From: Botryllus schlosseri
Lineage: Eukaryota
DNA: 64,000 nt
Direction: 5' to 3'
NCBI GenBank assembly: GCA_051294905.1
Contig: CM119372.1
Location: 20,400,001-20,464,000 of the forward strand
Below the pieces are notes generated by a model. That model did not search any database, was not told the DNA's origin, and saw nothing but the letters and a program-made list of their open reading frames with translations. The position numbers and the translations under genes were made by a program. This document shows, piece by piece, positions 23,624 to 38,200 of the stretch; position 1 is the first letter of the stretch, and every line of letters starts with the position of its first letter.

Positions 23624-26600
23624 CTAACACCAACTTCCACTTTTGGTTGTCATATCTACATGATGCGTGGCTAGAGCACCTAGTTCCTTTATGCCCCGTG
23701 ATTTCTCTTGATATAGCACCGTCGAACTGTAAGCTTCCTTCATTTGTAGAGCAATCCGGCCCGGCGGCATGTTACCCAATCCGCTGCACAGTGACGGGCT
23801 TAATACTGTCATTATTTCATCTTCAGGACGGCAATGTTGATTGTGACTTCTTACTGAAAATGGAGTGGAGTTAGTTCCCATTCTCTGCCCGAGTGTAAAA
23901 GTTTTAGCCCCGAGTGTAAAAGTTTTAGCAAGTATTAACCAGAGGTGGTCAGCTGGTCACAAATTAGTCAGTATTTGTACTTTAGTTAAAGTAGAGGTAA
24001 ACACCATAAAATGCTACTGAATTACAAGCAGAGGTAGTGATTCCAAGACATGTCAAAGCTACATCCAAGTGAAGCAGAAATAATGGTGTGAAAAGTACTT
24101 GGTAGTTGCAAAAATGTATATTTGGCCGAGGGCTCGCATTCATAATCCAAAAACTTCTCTGTACTTCACAAAATTGCAAGTGTAAAATCGAGTAGTCTTG
24201 CCTGAATATGTAGAAGTGGACATTGTCTAAAATATAATCAACGGGTTGAGTAAGTGGTGCAACTAGACAATATCTACTTGGTAAGCTACTCTGAAAAGTA
24301 AAGAACTTTGTTACTGACCACCTCTGGAATGAACGAACAAACATTAACAAGACAAATGTATTTTTTAGTTTATGGCAAAAAGTCAGCAAGATGATAACGT
24401 CGGTCGGTTTGCATTTTCTTTTTGTGTCTATATAAATGTTCGCAATTTATTGCATTAGAACAAAATTGAATCGTGACTGCACTGACTGAGGTAATAATCA
24501 GCGTTGTTTAATAGTTCAGTGGCCAACCTCGGGGAGGAAATGCTAGTTTTCGCGTTCATCTTTCACTTTCTTAGCTTCCTCTCAGTTACTTTTTGTTCAC
24601 TGTGCATGCCTCGATTTTGAACATATATTTCATTTTTATTACCTTTTGTGTCCCAAGGTGAGTGTTTGACTGAAAGACGAACACAAACCAAGTCATTTTG
24701 ACACCGTCCTGTTTTCAATATATGACGTCATTGACGTGTTTTAAATTAGTGGAAATATTATTAAAACTAATGTATGAATGTATGAATGAGTGAGTGCCAG
24801 TGAAGTGAAACCATTGTTTTTACTTTTTCTGTCTTCAATATATCATATAGGCCTACTGGTTTATACATCTGGCATGTATCATATATTTGATGTCAGTCAT
24901 GTCATTGTGATCAAGTGCTCCTTGATACAAATGACAAAGGAGGGGTAACATGCACATTGCACAATTATCAATCGACTTGTCCAGTAGTAGGATTCGTATT
25001 ATATCAGGTTTCAGGTAAATTCAAAATCATTACATCTGATGTATTGCATACATACAAAACACCATGTATGAATGTGTTTCCTCTTACCAGCTCTCATAGC
25101 AGCCCGAAATGCTAAATACGCATTTACAGTGTCCCCAACTTGCAGAGGCACTCGCATGATTGGTACATATATAACAAATTTGATACTGGTGAGATTTTCG
25201 AATTCATCCCGTTCCAACCGGATAATAAGTGCATCGCCCTGGAAATTTTTGAAGGTTCAGACTCGGCACACAAAAACCCGCAACAAGCATCCTTACCACA
25301 AGCATTTCACCATCATTTACTTCACGGATATGCTTCTGTACCTTTCTTTGTCTGAATATCAAATGTTTTGCCTCACAAAGCGGTTTTATTACACGGTTGC
25401 ACGCATATGCTCCTCTTGTTATTTTATGGGAGAGTGGACAGCAGTATGAATCATATCTCGTCACACTATAATTATCATGACACCAAGAATTATGCCTGTC
25501 AAAACATACACTCACATTTGCCATCCGAATTTCTCTGTGAATCGAAATTCCGGTTCGCCATCGAGGAAGCCAAAGCTGTTTCCAGGCACAATCTGCAAGA
25601 GACAGTGAGAAATGAATACTTGAGTCACGGCAATGACCAAAATCCTCTTACGACAGCGTCATGGTCAAATTTGCTTAGAAAGAAATCCCTGCACTGGACA
25701 GTAACATTTTCGTGACTGGCAAATACGCGTCTCCATTCGGAACACTGCGACTTGTCGGGGTCTCTGAGTTCCAGATATATTGCGGAAGGTTCCGGGTCCG
25801 AAACATCAGAATCTTGATGAAATAGAAAAGTTTTACGGCTTGTCTGGTACACTGATCAAAGTGCAAGACTGCGGGTCGTCCTACAAAGATCAAGTGCTCA
25901 CTCCTAGTCAAACATCATTCTCACACACATTACTTTTACTCTATATGCCTACTTTAGTAAACATTGCTTCTATAGTCAACGACTCCAAATACTTTGTTCA
26001 GCACGTGTGGTGATTTGTCAATTGAAACAATTACTTGGTCATACTTTATTAATACCTCAGTCTCTGATCAAACTATGAATGTCACCGATTTCTGAGGCCG
26101 AGCAAAGCCATTCTAACACATTAGTTGAATTCACATCTAAAGCTTTGCAGCGGTTTCTTCGAATTTCAGCATGCAAGGAATACTATTGCTATGGCACGGT
26201 ACTGTCACTAGGGATGGAAATTAGACAAAATAGAATTAGAGCCAATTCAATATACACGCCCAGATCAAATTACCTTCATCAAATATATCAATAATCTACT
26301 GAATTGAATTCACAAGAGGAGTCATTTGAGCTGAACATGAAAATAAATCACACAGTGCCCAGTAACGATGTCTTATTAACCTGACCATGCTTACATTTCA
26401 CAGTTGCACATAAACAGGGTTTGCTTTGATAGCTTATGTCGCTAGATGAATTTCGAAAGCAACATGCCCATTACATTATCTCGATTCACAGTTGCACATA
26501 AACAGGGTTTGCTTTGATAGCTTATGTCGCTAGATGAATTTCGAAAGCAACATGCCCATTACATTATCTCGATTCACAGTTGCACATAAACAGGGTTTGC

Positions 26601-29600
26601 TTTGATAGCTTATGTCGCTAGATGAATTTCGAAAGCAACATGCCCATTACATTATCTCGATTCACAGTATTTCCAGCATCATTAAATTGACTTTCTGAGT
26701 GAGTCAAAGTGGCTGGAACGCTACGATATATTTTTCGTTTCTCTCACATCAGTTTTCACTGCTATTGGGAGCTGTACACCAAAACTGCTTGGTAAGATTA
26801 GTACGGTATCACAAATACAAACTTACAAAGGTACCTGCAATGTTCATTAGGCCTACTATAATCAGTGATGAATGAAATCGATTCACTGATTGGAAATCCC
26901 TCCCTAACAGGACCCAAAAGTACGAAGATTCTGTGTTTGCCTGATAATGATATATCCGGTGGACGAAAGCATTTGTATCCTCAAATTTAGGGTGGGTATC
27001 TGATTAAAAAGCTACCCCAAGTCGCTTGGACAGCTCTTCCTATATTTTCATTCTATCACAATCAAAAATTTTTAAATGACTGATCGATTACTGCCATAAC
27101 AGCATATGTCAAGAGCAGCCTCGTATTAATAAAAACTTGATGTAGTTGAATTGCTGATCAAACCAAATGGGAGTAACAGTAATTTATGCGACTAGAAGTA
27201 ACCTACTTTCCAATAATATTTGAGCACAACGGTACCTACATTGTTGCCAAACATCATATATCACAGCAGAGTATAAGACAATAGAACAAGAACAATACAT
27301 ACCCAATGGCGATGATGTTGCAGTATTGCCAAATTCTTGAGTACAATCCTCATCTAGAGCCTCAGGCGATATAGTAAAATCACTGTAAAACATGCATACA
27401 GAATATGTGCAGGATCATCCATCCATATTATCAATGCGTGAATACCTCAATTGCTCGGAAGGATACGCAGACAGTTGTAATTTCAGGACCTTCTTGGAAT
27501 TGTGGCTGGTTTTATCAGATGTCTCACATGCTAGCGAGGATTGGCTATCTTTAAATCCAGAGCCATTACTGAACTCCCATTTCTCTTCACGTTCTCCTTC
27601 TTTAAATTTCATTTTCATCCCTGGTTTAAGATCTGGAGCACTTTGGATTTGGGCTGTCAAATTGTGTGCAGTTCAGGACAGGAAGGAAAACGAGATCAAC
27701 TGAACATGACATTTCAATGTCAAAATTGGGCACCATCACAGTTCAGTTCACTATGGTTACACTTCCGTGATATCACAGAAAAACAAGAGAAAGATTTTAT
27801 TGATTTCGTCAACAATGAAAATCAGAAGGCTATGTTAATATCCAATAACAATTGAAATCATGATGAGATCATTTTTATTTGCCAATATGACACTAGATTA
27901 GGGTTACCATGCGTCCTCTTTTAAGAGGATTTGTCCTCTTTTTTGAAAGTCGAAGTGACGCTCCGGTGGGTATTTCGGAGTGAAAAACGGTGATTTTAGC
28001 TCTGAGAGAAAAGATGACCTTTTTTTTTAGTCAACCGATCACAAAGTGGGAAAAATTCACCGGTTTTTGAGAACTCTTCTCCGGTTTTGCAAGTCTCAAA
28101 TTTCTGAAAAAGGTGTCCTCTTTTTAGATTTCCAAAATATGGTAAGCCTACACTAGATGGTATTGGCACGGAGCCCCGATATGACCAATGTCTTCGAGTT
28201 CAGTGACAAACGGACATATTTGGAAGTAAAAATCAATTCCTTCCCCCAGCAGCCCTAAAATGAAAAACTATAGGCAAGTCTAGACCAGCGGTTCCCAGCC
28301 TGTGATAATTCTTCAGGTCTCTGGTAGCTTACGACAGGTAACCGTCAAGATTAACTTACTTTCCATCATGTTCCTAACAAAGATCATTTGCTGGTGATTA
28401 GTGGCAAATGTGGATATCGGGGGGGAGGGTGGGGGGGGGGGTTCGCTTGGTATAAGACAAAATGTAGGAAAGTAGTGATGGCGTGCAGTTTAAGCATTAG
28501 TTAGAAATCGTAGTAAGATTTAGTTTTGCCTATTTAAGTGTGACTGTTCGACTGTGAAGCGTTAATGGCAGTGGAGCACACGCTGGGAGACTAGGTACAG
28601 GCACGTAGCCAGCCACGAGAAGAGGAGGGCGAGGTGAAACAAGAGGGGGAGGAGGGGCATTTTGAAAACAGACAATGTTCCAAATATGAATAGATTAATC
28701 GGGTTAAAGCTATGTACATTGTACAACTGTCAATGCAACAAGGATCAGATAATATTGCTCGTTTTAACTTTCTATACACATAAACATATGCCAGTTACGG
28801 TATATTAAAATATATACTAAGATAGATATTATACAATTCAGTACCGATATGTGAATAATGACTCACTCACGAAGCGAGAGGGAAGTGAATCACAAGAGAA
28901 TAATAAGGGTTTTTAAAAGGGGTTGAGTCAAGTTTGGTCTTCGGTTCTACCCCATAGCTACGTCCCAACTAGGTAGGCCTACATGTGAAAAAGAGCAAAG
29001 ATGACAGTACTGAATAGGAATAGGACGGAATATCTGTGCATATGCAATGCATACTGTAGCCTTGTAAGGCTTTCCGAGTCTTGAACCACCCCCTCCATGC
29101 TATATATATCGTTAATGCTGAGCGTCACATGAGGAAGTCATGGATACCAGTGTTACTAATCAGGTCGAACCCACACCCTACCGATCAAGAAGCAGGACGC
29201 TCCACCATTACACAATCTTGTCGATACATCTGTTGACACCTGTCCACAGCAACTATCCTTTCATATAGTGCAGTGGTTTCAAAACTGGTGGGGAGGGGGC
29301 GCGAACCCCTTGGAAGGCGAGCAAGCATCTGAAAGGGGCGCGAAGCAGCATTTGACTAAAAAAATTACCTCCAATTCGTGGTTGTGGCTCTGTGTATACT
29401 TCGAATTTCATAATTTAGAATTCTCTCATCATCAGTCATAACCATTCATGCCATCAAACTATCCGTTAAGATTGCTAGCATTCTGGTTGCATTTTGTGAT
29501 ATGATGAATAGGGGGCAGCAATTTTTTCAATATCATAAGGGGGGCATGTCTAAAGAAGTTCGCGAACCACTGATATAGTGGAGGAGTCAATGGAAATGTG

Positions 29601-30504
29601 GGTGCAAGCAACATTTCAATTTTTTTTACACATTTGAAGATTAACGAATATTATCCTAAATCGTTTGCAATATATCCACTATTGGGATCCAATATACCAA
29701 GCCTATCTAAAAGTTTCTGAGTGTGTAATTCAAAACTGATGCTACCCGGTACCCGCCAATGCCATAACTTCGCTTCAGGACAATGGATTCATGCCAATGC
29801 GTGCATTTCAAACTAAGAATTGAAATGTGGTCAATAGTTGAGGTAAGTTCAGATGATTGTAAATTTGGACGGAAGTAAACTAAATTATCAAGTACTGATA
29901 AAAATCCCAGCACATGCACAATGTACTGAATTACTGATAATTAAGGATGAATTAGCCTGTGAGTTGTCGCGAGCAAGTCGCATAGAATAACTATCTGACA
30001 ATCTATGTGTCCATACCAGGGACCAGCCATATAGGATACTGGTATATCGCTCCCGATCAAGCTCCTAATTAAAGCCTAACCCTAACTATAACATCATTTG
30101 CTCACTTTCATATCAAGCATGAAGCGTTGTAGCCGTAACAGAACTCCATAATGCGATACCCTACAAAGTTCAATTGCAAGTTCATCAAGACCAGAGACCA
30201 TTATCTTACCGGTTTTGTGATTGAGAAGAAAGGAGTCGGACAGGCTTAACTTCTTTTTAGGAAGCTGTGGCTGGCAAGTGATTGGTGAAATATCTTTGTC
30301 CTCCGAGTCTGTGGAGTAGCTTGAGCTGGTAATACCATCGTCATCAGCGGAGCTGAGCTCGCTCAATTCATCGAGATCGTTCCCACTTGCGTCACTATCA
30401 GACAAATTTGAGTGGCCTTCTACTGTGGTCAATGATTGCACTTCGGCTCCATCAACGACGCTGTCAGTCCTGGACTGATATATCCCCGAATCCACATCAT
30501 CCAT
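23624..30504 (-). CDS. Macro-domain (Appr-1-p processing-like) protein with long acidic/serine-rich N-terminus
   Basis: Exons 30504-30210, 27653-27446, 27382-27303, 25812-25652, 25592-25516, 25351-25297, 25238-25088, 23853-23624 (1257 nt, 418 aa, phases consistent). Motifs DAVIVPGNSFGFLDG, FGWQIQ, GEMLVGDA, PIMRVP..NAYLAFRA and VLSPSLCSGLGNMP..IALQM. Confidence 0.85.
23888..23929. repeat. 21-bp tandem duplication
   Basis: cccgagtgtaaaagttttagc x2. Confidence 0.9.
26397..26668. repeat. Perfect 88-bp tandem repeat, 3 copies plus 8 nt
   Basis: Unit ttcacagttgcacataaacaggg...cattatctcga starts at 26397, 26485 and 26573. Confidence 0.95.
27899..28150 (+). mobile_element. hAT MITE family B (TAGGGTTACCAT ends)
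   Basis: Ends tagggttaccat and atggtaagccta; TSD CACTAGAT. Relatives at 49430-53062, 54565-54831 and 60412-61029. Confidence 0.88.
29271..29572. mobile_element. hAT (Charlie-like) MITE
   Basis: Ends cagtggtttc and gaaccactg; TSD ATATAGTG. Confidence 0.85.
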
Positions 30505-32218
30505 CGAAAATACATCTGCTATCCACTCTCAATATCTTCACAAGAAGCCCGAAAATACGGCAGCAACGACAACGCTCACCAGCACTACCAGCACCAACCC
30601 AACTTCACAGCTGAGCTGAATGAATGTTTTGCTTCTCCGAATTACCGTGGTTACCGATGCTTATCGCAAACTACTTCCTAGGTACGGACAACGAGACAAA
30701 AATGAATTAATGAAACGCGTTTATTCATGAAATTGAATTGAAATAAGTGATGAAATTAAACTTTTAAGTATATATGAATGTAAATGTATATTGACGACAT
30801 ATTTATGCTACGCCGAAATATAGCTCAGTGATTGAAATCGGATCCGTCGACGTTCAGGCTTTACTTTCCGTTATTTCCTGAACTTCTATTTCTTCTGGCA
30901 CTTTCCCGTCTACCCCTTTCGCATTTTTGATCGTTTTGTTGCCGCCGGACAAAATACTGAAACCGTTCAAAAACAAAAGCCTCAATTTATGACGCAAGTT
31001 TGTAATTATATCATTAAATATAGGCCGATACCATTTATGTGAATTTTGATACCGACGCTGTTAAACAAACGCTTACATCGCAAATGTGCGGGGATGAGTG
31101 GCGCAGAACCGATTTCTTTTGTCGTGTAAGCTATTGGCCTATATGTGCCATTTTCTGCCACCATCCTTCATAGCGGATAGCGTTCCATTCTAACGTTTTA
31201 ATGCTAGCTAGGCCTCGCCCGCTGAAGGATTCGGAACTTTTGGAATCAATAAACCAATATTGCATTTCTACTGTTTCAGTCTGAGTGCGAAAATCTCCAT
31301 GAAAACAAAGTTATATCTTTTGGCTATTTATTTATCTCAAAACAACTTTACCGGTAATTTAAAAGGGGACTTAAAGCTGCATCAAAATGATAATTACAGT
31401 AGGTCTGCGATGAATTTATGAGCAGATGAGTAAGTCTGTTGATTGATAAATGCTTATTGCTTATGATCTGCGTATGTAAATGGATCGGTTGCGAGTTCAT
31501 CATCATGTTGTAGTTGGCAGAGCAAAGTCTCCTGGAGGAACTTCAAACCATACGAGGCACACAATTTCGGTCACGGGCGCATGGTAGCTAGCTCCCTACG
31601 CTTCGCTGTTACAACCCAACTATGTTGACTTATCGCCAGAAGTGGTCACCTGGTCAGTAACGATCGAAGCACTTCTACTTTCTCCGATTCATCAAGTAGG
31701 TTTTGCCTACTATATTAGTGAAATGCTTACTCAAGTGCTTCCAGGCTTTGGCTGCTTTCAATTTTACTTAGCAGTTTTTGGACAAAAAATTTGATACTTT
31801 TCAAACTTTGGATTTTGTAAAGTAGAATGTACTTTCGGGATTTGCATCCACATTCGAATAACATTGTCATGGCAACTGTATGGGCGAAAGAGCCCTGTAT
31901 CACGGTAACGGAATATGTTTTCGAAAATTGCACCTATTTGTGATGTCTACCGGTGATTATTGCGTTAGCCGCGAACACGCAACCTGCAATCTTTAAAAGT
32001 TGCACCTCCAATTAACCACTAAAAGTAAATTTTAAATAAAAAAAATATTTTGAATAACTATTATTTAATATATATTCAGTAAAATTGATTTTAAGTTTCA
32101 AATTGTATGTATTTAATTTATCATTAAATAGCAAAATTAAATTGAAATGGTTATTTCTACAAGTGATTGAGTGGAAAATTATACTTCTACTTCTACTCGA
32201 GAAGCAACGCTGACTACG

Positions 32219-35200
32219 TTAACCAACTCTGCTCATCGCACTATCCTGTATATTGCTGAAATGCCCATACCTCTGCAATCGCTTACTGCTGTAGTACGGC
32301 CTCTCGCCTCCGTCGTTCCTTTGCATGTCGTCACAAAAGCAAAGGAAGATCGTGTCGATCGCTATCGAGAAGACCGACATGAAGCATGACGCGATAAAGT
32401 ATGCACCCAAGCAGCAGATGATCATCGGGACGTAGAAGCCCACATCTGTGACGTCAGTCCCGGGTATCCAAATCCATCCGACTGCCGACACTGCGGCCAC
32501 GACCATTATTTTACCTGCATTGCATGAAAAGAAATGTAGAACATCCATGAAGGCAAGGATTTTATAACATATTCGGGACATTTTTACAAGCAAAGGGGGC
32601 CAGGAAAGGAGTAGGCCGCTACCCAGTAGAAAATTGCTCATTTTTGTCGGAGGAGTTAGCAAAGCGGTGACTAGGGTTGCGTTTCAAACAAAAATCAATT
32701 TAAAACAAACACATTTAAAACAAGGCTCTAATTTAAAACATGTTTTTTATGTTTTCTTTAAGCTATGACGTCACGAATTTTCAATTGTGACGTCATAGTG
32801 GATTGACATTGACAATTGAAAATGTAGTGTAAATATAGCTCCTTTCACGAAATATATGTACTATAGCTGTTGAACCGATTATTTTGAGGGTTCCAACCAT
32901 CGGATATCGATATACGTCGGCTATATCGGGTGATGATTGTCCGTAGGCTCATACAACATGTTTTTTGTAAAGCATTTACACCATTATGGCATAATTTTAC
33001 AACTTAAAAAAACACAATTTTGTTTTTTTAAGGCTTTTTTTAATACACTGTTTAAAACATGTTTTAAACAAAGTGTTTTAAAACACAGCTTGTTTTAAAT
33101 GCCACCCTAGTGGTGACGATAAGCACCTGCTACCAGGGCGGCCCGCGTTCGATTCCGCGTCGGATGTTTATCTGGGCTCCTCTACCCCGTGTAGCTGTTC
33201 TTACGGCAACAAAAAGCCCAGAAAAAGACCCGATGAAAGAACGCACTCACAGGGAATGGAAATAGCAAGAGCCGCGGAATAGAGATTATCATCGAAAAAG
33301 TACTGTGACATCGGGCACTAGGCACTATAGGCGCTAGCACTAGCACTAGCCTATAGGCGGATACCAGTTTAAAAGATCGCAACTGGTCGTTCGGTCCTCC
33401 TATCTGTTCATTACATCTGATTGTGTCTTATCGCGTTGTAGGTCTATACATTGTGTGTGTCTTTATCAGATGAAAGTATTATCCGACGATTATCGATTGA
33501 CTGATTGTAGTGTCTGCTCCGGTGATGTTTCGTTAGTCGTGCATTTTGCCTAATTGCATTGACTACACTTGACAATCGAATTGTTAGTCAAAACGACTTA
33601 CTTTTCAGACTTTGGACTTTGTAAGAAAGTCGTTTTAGGATGTCTCCATCACGTATATATGAATCAAACTGTAATAAAGACTGGGAGAAATATCCATTAT
33701 CACCGTATCACTGTAACTACCGAATATGAATATAATATATTATTTTTGAAAATTCCACTGAATTGTAATGTCATAGGGCAAGTTTTTGCAACTTTTGCAA
33801 CTTTTTTTTACAGCTTCCGGCAGCTTCCTAAATACTCGTAAGATATGTAGAATGCTGTTTTGAGCTGTTTGAAGGAATCTTATAGTGCAACTTTTTGCTG
33901 CTTTTGTCCATTTTTTTTCATGCAACTTTTCGCAACATTTTGCAACTTTCTCGATTTTTCTTGAAAGTATTTTCGATTTTGGTGAAATACACGGCCAAAT
34001 CCGTAAATCAGCACCGTAAATCAGCACCGAAGTAACGCTTTTACGGGTATTTCGGGAGCTGAGCCGGAAAATTGACCTTTTTTTAGTCAATCTGGGAAGC
34101 TGACCTTTTTTTTAGTCAACCGAGCAAAATGTGGTCAAAATGCAACTTCTGCAACTTTTTTAAAATATAAATGCAACTTTCCACGGATTTAACCGCAACA
34201 AAAACTTGCCCTACATTACTCGTGTAATTCGTTTTGCGTTAGAAGCAAAGATGCAAAATTCAATTTTGAAAGTAATCACCTCAATTATATTATTACGAAT
34301 TACAGTGAAAAGATCGGAAGGTGTCGAAACGACTTGAAGTAGTCTTTGAAATCAGACGCTGAGATCACCTAAGATCAACTACCAAGTAACTAGTTTCCAT
34401 AAGTAGGTTTGGACGAGGGTTCGGGGATGGCTAATTTCGAGGTCACACGGCGCACTCGCGGCACACTCGCGGCTGTCGCGAAATGACTATTAACACTGAT
34501 ACAAATGGGTGAGATTTTTTAAAATATATTCGTCTACCTTGATATAAAGCGGCTCTCTCTCTCTCTTATCTCGCCCAGTTGTTTCATCAATCTCACTCAT
34601 AAACGTGATACAAGTAGGGTTGCATTTAAAACAAATGACTGTTTAATAAACTTTGGTTAAAACATGTTTCAACAGTGTTTTTTACTAAGGCCTTTTCAAA
34701 AAAATTGTATATTTTTAAGTTGTAAAGTTATGCCATAATTATGTAAATACTTTCCAAAAAACATGTTGTATGAGCCTACGGACAATTATCACCCGATTAA
34801 GCCGACGTATCGATATGGGATGGTTGGAACCCTCAAAATAGCCGGTTTAACAGCTATAGTACATATATTTCGTGAAAGGAGCTATATTTACCCAATATTT
34901 TCAATTGCCAATGCACTATGACGTCACAATTGAATATTCGTGACGTCATGGCTTAAAAAAACAAACAATAAAAAACATGTTTTAAACAAGGCCTTGTTTT
35001 AATCATGTTTGGTTTAAATTGATTTTTGTTTTAAATGCAATCCTAAAACAAGCATATCCCTAAACTACGTTCTACTTCACAAAATCCAAAGTACAAAAAG
35101 TTAGTTTTGTCTGAAAAAGTGTCCTAATAGAAGTGGAATTATAGGCTCTTAAAACACAACTTGAGCAAGCAAGCATTAGTTGTTGTTTATTGAACAAAAA

Positions 35201-38200
35201 CGTTTGGCGCTTGTCCCCAGACGGCCTTTTGTACCACGGTCAACGAAATGCACATTGTAAACATACAGGCGAGGCATTTTAACAGGGTTGTAACCAAGTC
35301 TCAAGGCTCCGAGTCACAAGTCAATCTCAGTTTTATGGTTTTGACTCGAGTCAAGTCGAGTCATTTTCAATTTACCACCGAGTCAAGTCCGAGTCCAAGT
35401 CACCAAGCAGAGGGTCGAGTCCGAGTCATGGTATTATGACTCGAGTCGAGTCCAAGTCATTGTGTTGACTGCCCAGTTTCCAGTTAAAGGCTTGTTAAAT
35501 CCACTTTTTATAACTCTGTTTGGTGATATCGAATGGTTCGCATTTATAATATACTAATTTTCGTCATTTTTAGCAGTTTCTGACGCGTTTTCAAGTACCA
35601 GTACCAATAGACGAAATCTCAGTGTGATTACTTTACTATTCCTCGAAATTACAATGAAACGTCGGTCTTGGCCGTCTCAGTCTCGAGTCATATGACTTGG
35701 TTCGAGTCATGCGCAATGACTCGAGTCCAAGTCGAGTCAATACACAAATTGACTCGAGTCGAGTCGAGTCATTTCCGTATTTTGAGAAAATGATTCGAGT
35801 CAAGTCGAGTCATCTGAAAAACGTGACTCGAGTCAGACTCGAGTCGAGTCATGACTCGAGTCATTACAACCCTGCATTTTAAGGGACTGCATTGATACAG
35901 TGCGACGTGCCATACAAATATGACGTGATATACGGTATGCATCGTTACGTACGATTTCACATACCTAGAAACAAGCAGAACCCGCTGACGCAATTGAGGG
36001 CCAAGACGTGTTGAGCATTGCTTATCAACAGTCCCAGAGCTCTGCGGGCAGAGGCACAGAACCCTTCGCCGTACATCGCAATGCAGATGTACGCGTTCCT
36101 GTTGACGTATTTCAGCACTTTTTCGAAACAGCCAAGGCAGCATTGCAAGCACGTCAGCATGAACTTCGCCGCTTTGTGACCGCTGCAAAGTTATCGCTGT
36201 AGTAAGCAGGGGCGATCAAAGTAGTCGAGTTAACTTGAGTCGAGTCATTTTACGCATTTGAAAAAATGACTCGAGTCACCAGAAAATCGCGACTCGAGTC
36301 ATTAGAACCCTGAGTAGAATTAGTCTAGAATCATAATCAATGGAGTAAGTATAATGCAGGCAGGCGAAACCTACTTGATTACTTCAAAAAAGTAGAAGTA
36401 ATTCTTCTGTCACCACCTCTGATTAAGGATATATCATGTCGCCAACGATCTACATATCGCTCAACCATCAGAAGGAAATGCTCACGAATTTTTTAGTTTC
36501 TTCTGCAGATACGCAAGAATCAGTCTTATAAACCGGACGATGGCCACGATTAGAGATCCCAACGCTACACTTCCGAGATTATATTTCAACAGCTGAACGA
36601 ACGGAGTGCACAGAGCCTTCGGTGCAGCACACCTGCACTTCTTGCCCTTGCCTTGCTGAAAAAACCACGTCGATATCGCGCCGGCCAGGATTACCTATAG
36701 TACAGCAACAAATCGTCTTCGGATATCGCGGTATAGCGGAAAGTGTCACTCATTCGATCACCTCTTGACAGCCGAAAATAAATTCGAACGTCCACAGGAA
36801 GACGAAGACAAAAAAGACGAATCTTATTCTTCCAGACTCGGCGAAAGGCCTGTCAACGTACGCAATGATACCGTCCGCGTCGGGCAATGCAATCTGTAAA
36901 CATTCAATATTGGGGCCCACGGTTTGTCGTTACCATCAGCGATGCTCAGTAACAGACAGAGGGTTAGTCACTGGTCAGTAATGAAATACACACACTTCTA
37001 CTTTGACAGTTTTTATGACAAAACTACTTACAGTTCAGCTATAGATTTCGGAAAGTAGAGAGTAGTATCGGATATGTTTACTCACGTTCATGAGTGAAAT
37101 AGAGGAGTTAGCGTGTTGGTGACGATAATAAGCGCCTGGTGCCCGGGCGGGGGCTTATCTGGGCTCCTCTTCCCCGCGTCGCTGTTCTTACGGCGACAAA
37201 AAAGACCAGAAAAAGACCAGATGAAAGAACGCACTCCCAAGGAATGAATAGAGGAAGAAAGAACCGCGGAATAGAGATTAACATCGAAAAACGACTTTGA
37301 CATCAGGCACTAGGTCGTTCGCCATCCTCATATATCTGTTCATTACATCGCATTGTGTCTTATCGCATTGTACAATGTACATTGTGTGTGTCTTGTTAAA
37401 ATGAAAACATAATCTGATTATTGATGGTCATAAGAACCCCATGAAATAGCCTCTGTATACGGTAACTGAATACATTTTTTATAACTATAAACACCAGTTT
37501 GTAGTGGAATCAGTCATTTTGCATTAGTCGTGAAGATGCACTCCACAATTTTGAAAGTAGCAACCTTCGATTGTCTACTAAAATATGCGAACCGAATCTA
37601 CATTTAAAACTAGTTACTTGAGTGCTTTAGGAATCTTCTTTTTCTACCTCCACTTGATGTATTTTTGGCATGATTTTGAAATTCTACTTCTACTTGAACT
37701 TGAGTATGCGTTACTTGAACCCGCAACCCATTGGTGTTGCAGCTGTGGATTTTACCACTGCGCCATCTCGCTACGGTGCCTGCTTGCAGGACTTGTTCAT
37801 ATGCTTATGTTTCCAGAATACTTCCGACCACTTCTACATAAAAGTTTTTGATGCAAAACTACTTATATTTCATACTCCGTCTTTTATAAAGTAGAAATTC
37901 GTTTTGGGATTAGTTTGTAAGGGAGTGTGTGAGTGAAGTTATCATATTAACTGGGCGAAATTGCTCCTGTATCATGGTAGAAAAAGATATTTTCTAAAAT
38001 TGCTCTGTTAGTGGAGACATCGGACAAGTTGCGTTGTCGCGAAAGTAACCCACCTCCCATTTACTACTATAAGTATGCGACACCTCAACCAAATCTGTTT
38101 TTCTTTTCGTTTTCTTCTTCTATACTTGAAATAGTTTTGGAATGTCTTGTAAATCGCTGCTATTACTTGAGTAGCAATGCTAACAGCTTCGATCACCTCT

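Noticed and set aside
26397..26668. Regularly spaced repeats as a CRISPR array
   Set aside because: Units are identical head-to-tail with no unique spacers, and the context is a eukaryotic intron.
26860..26892. Box C/D snoRNA-like hairpin (GTGATGA...CTGA with terminal stem)
   Set aside because: Only about 25 nt from box C to box D; too short for a guide snoRNA.
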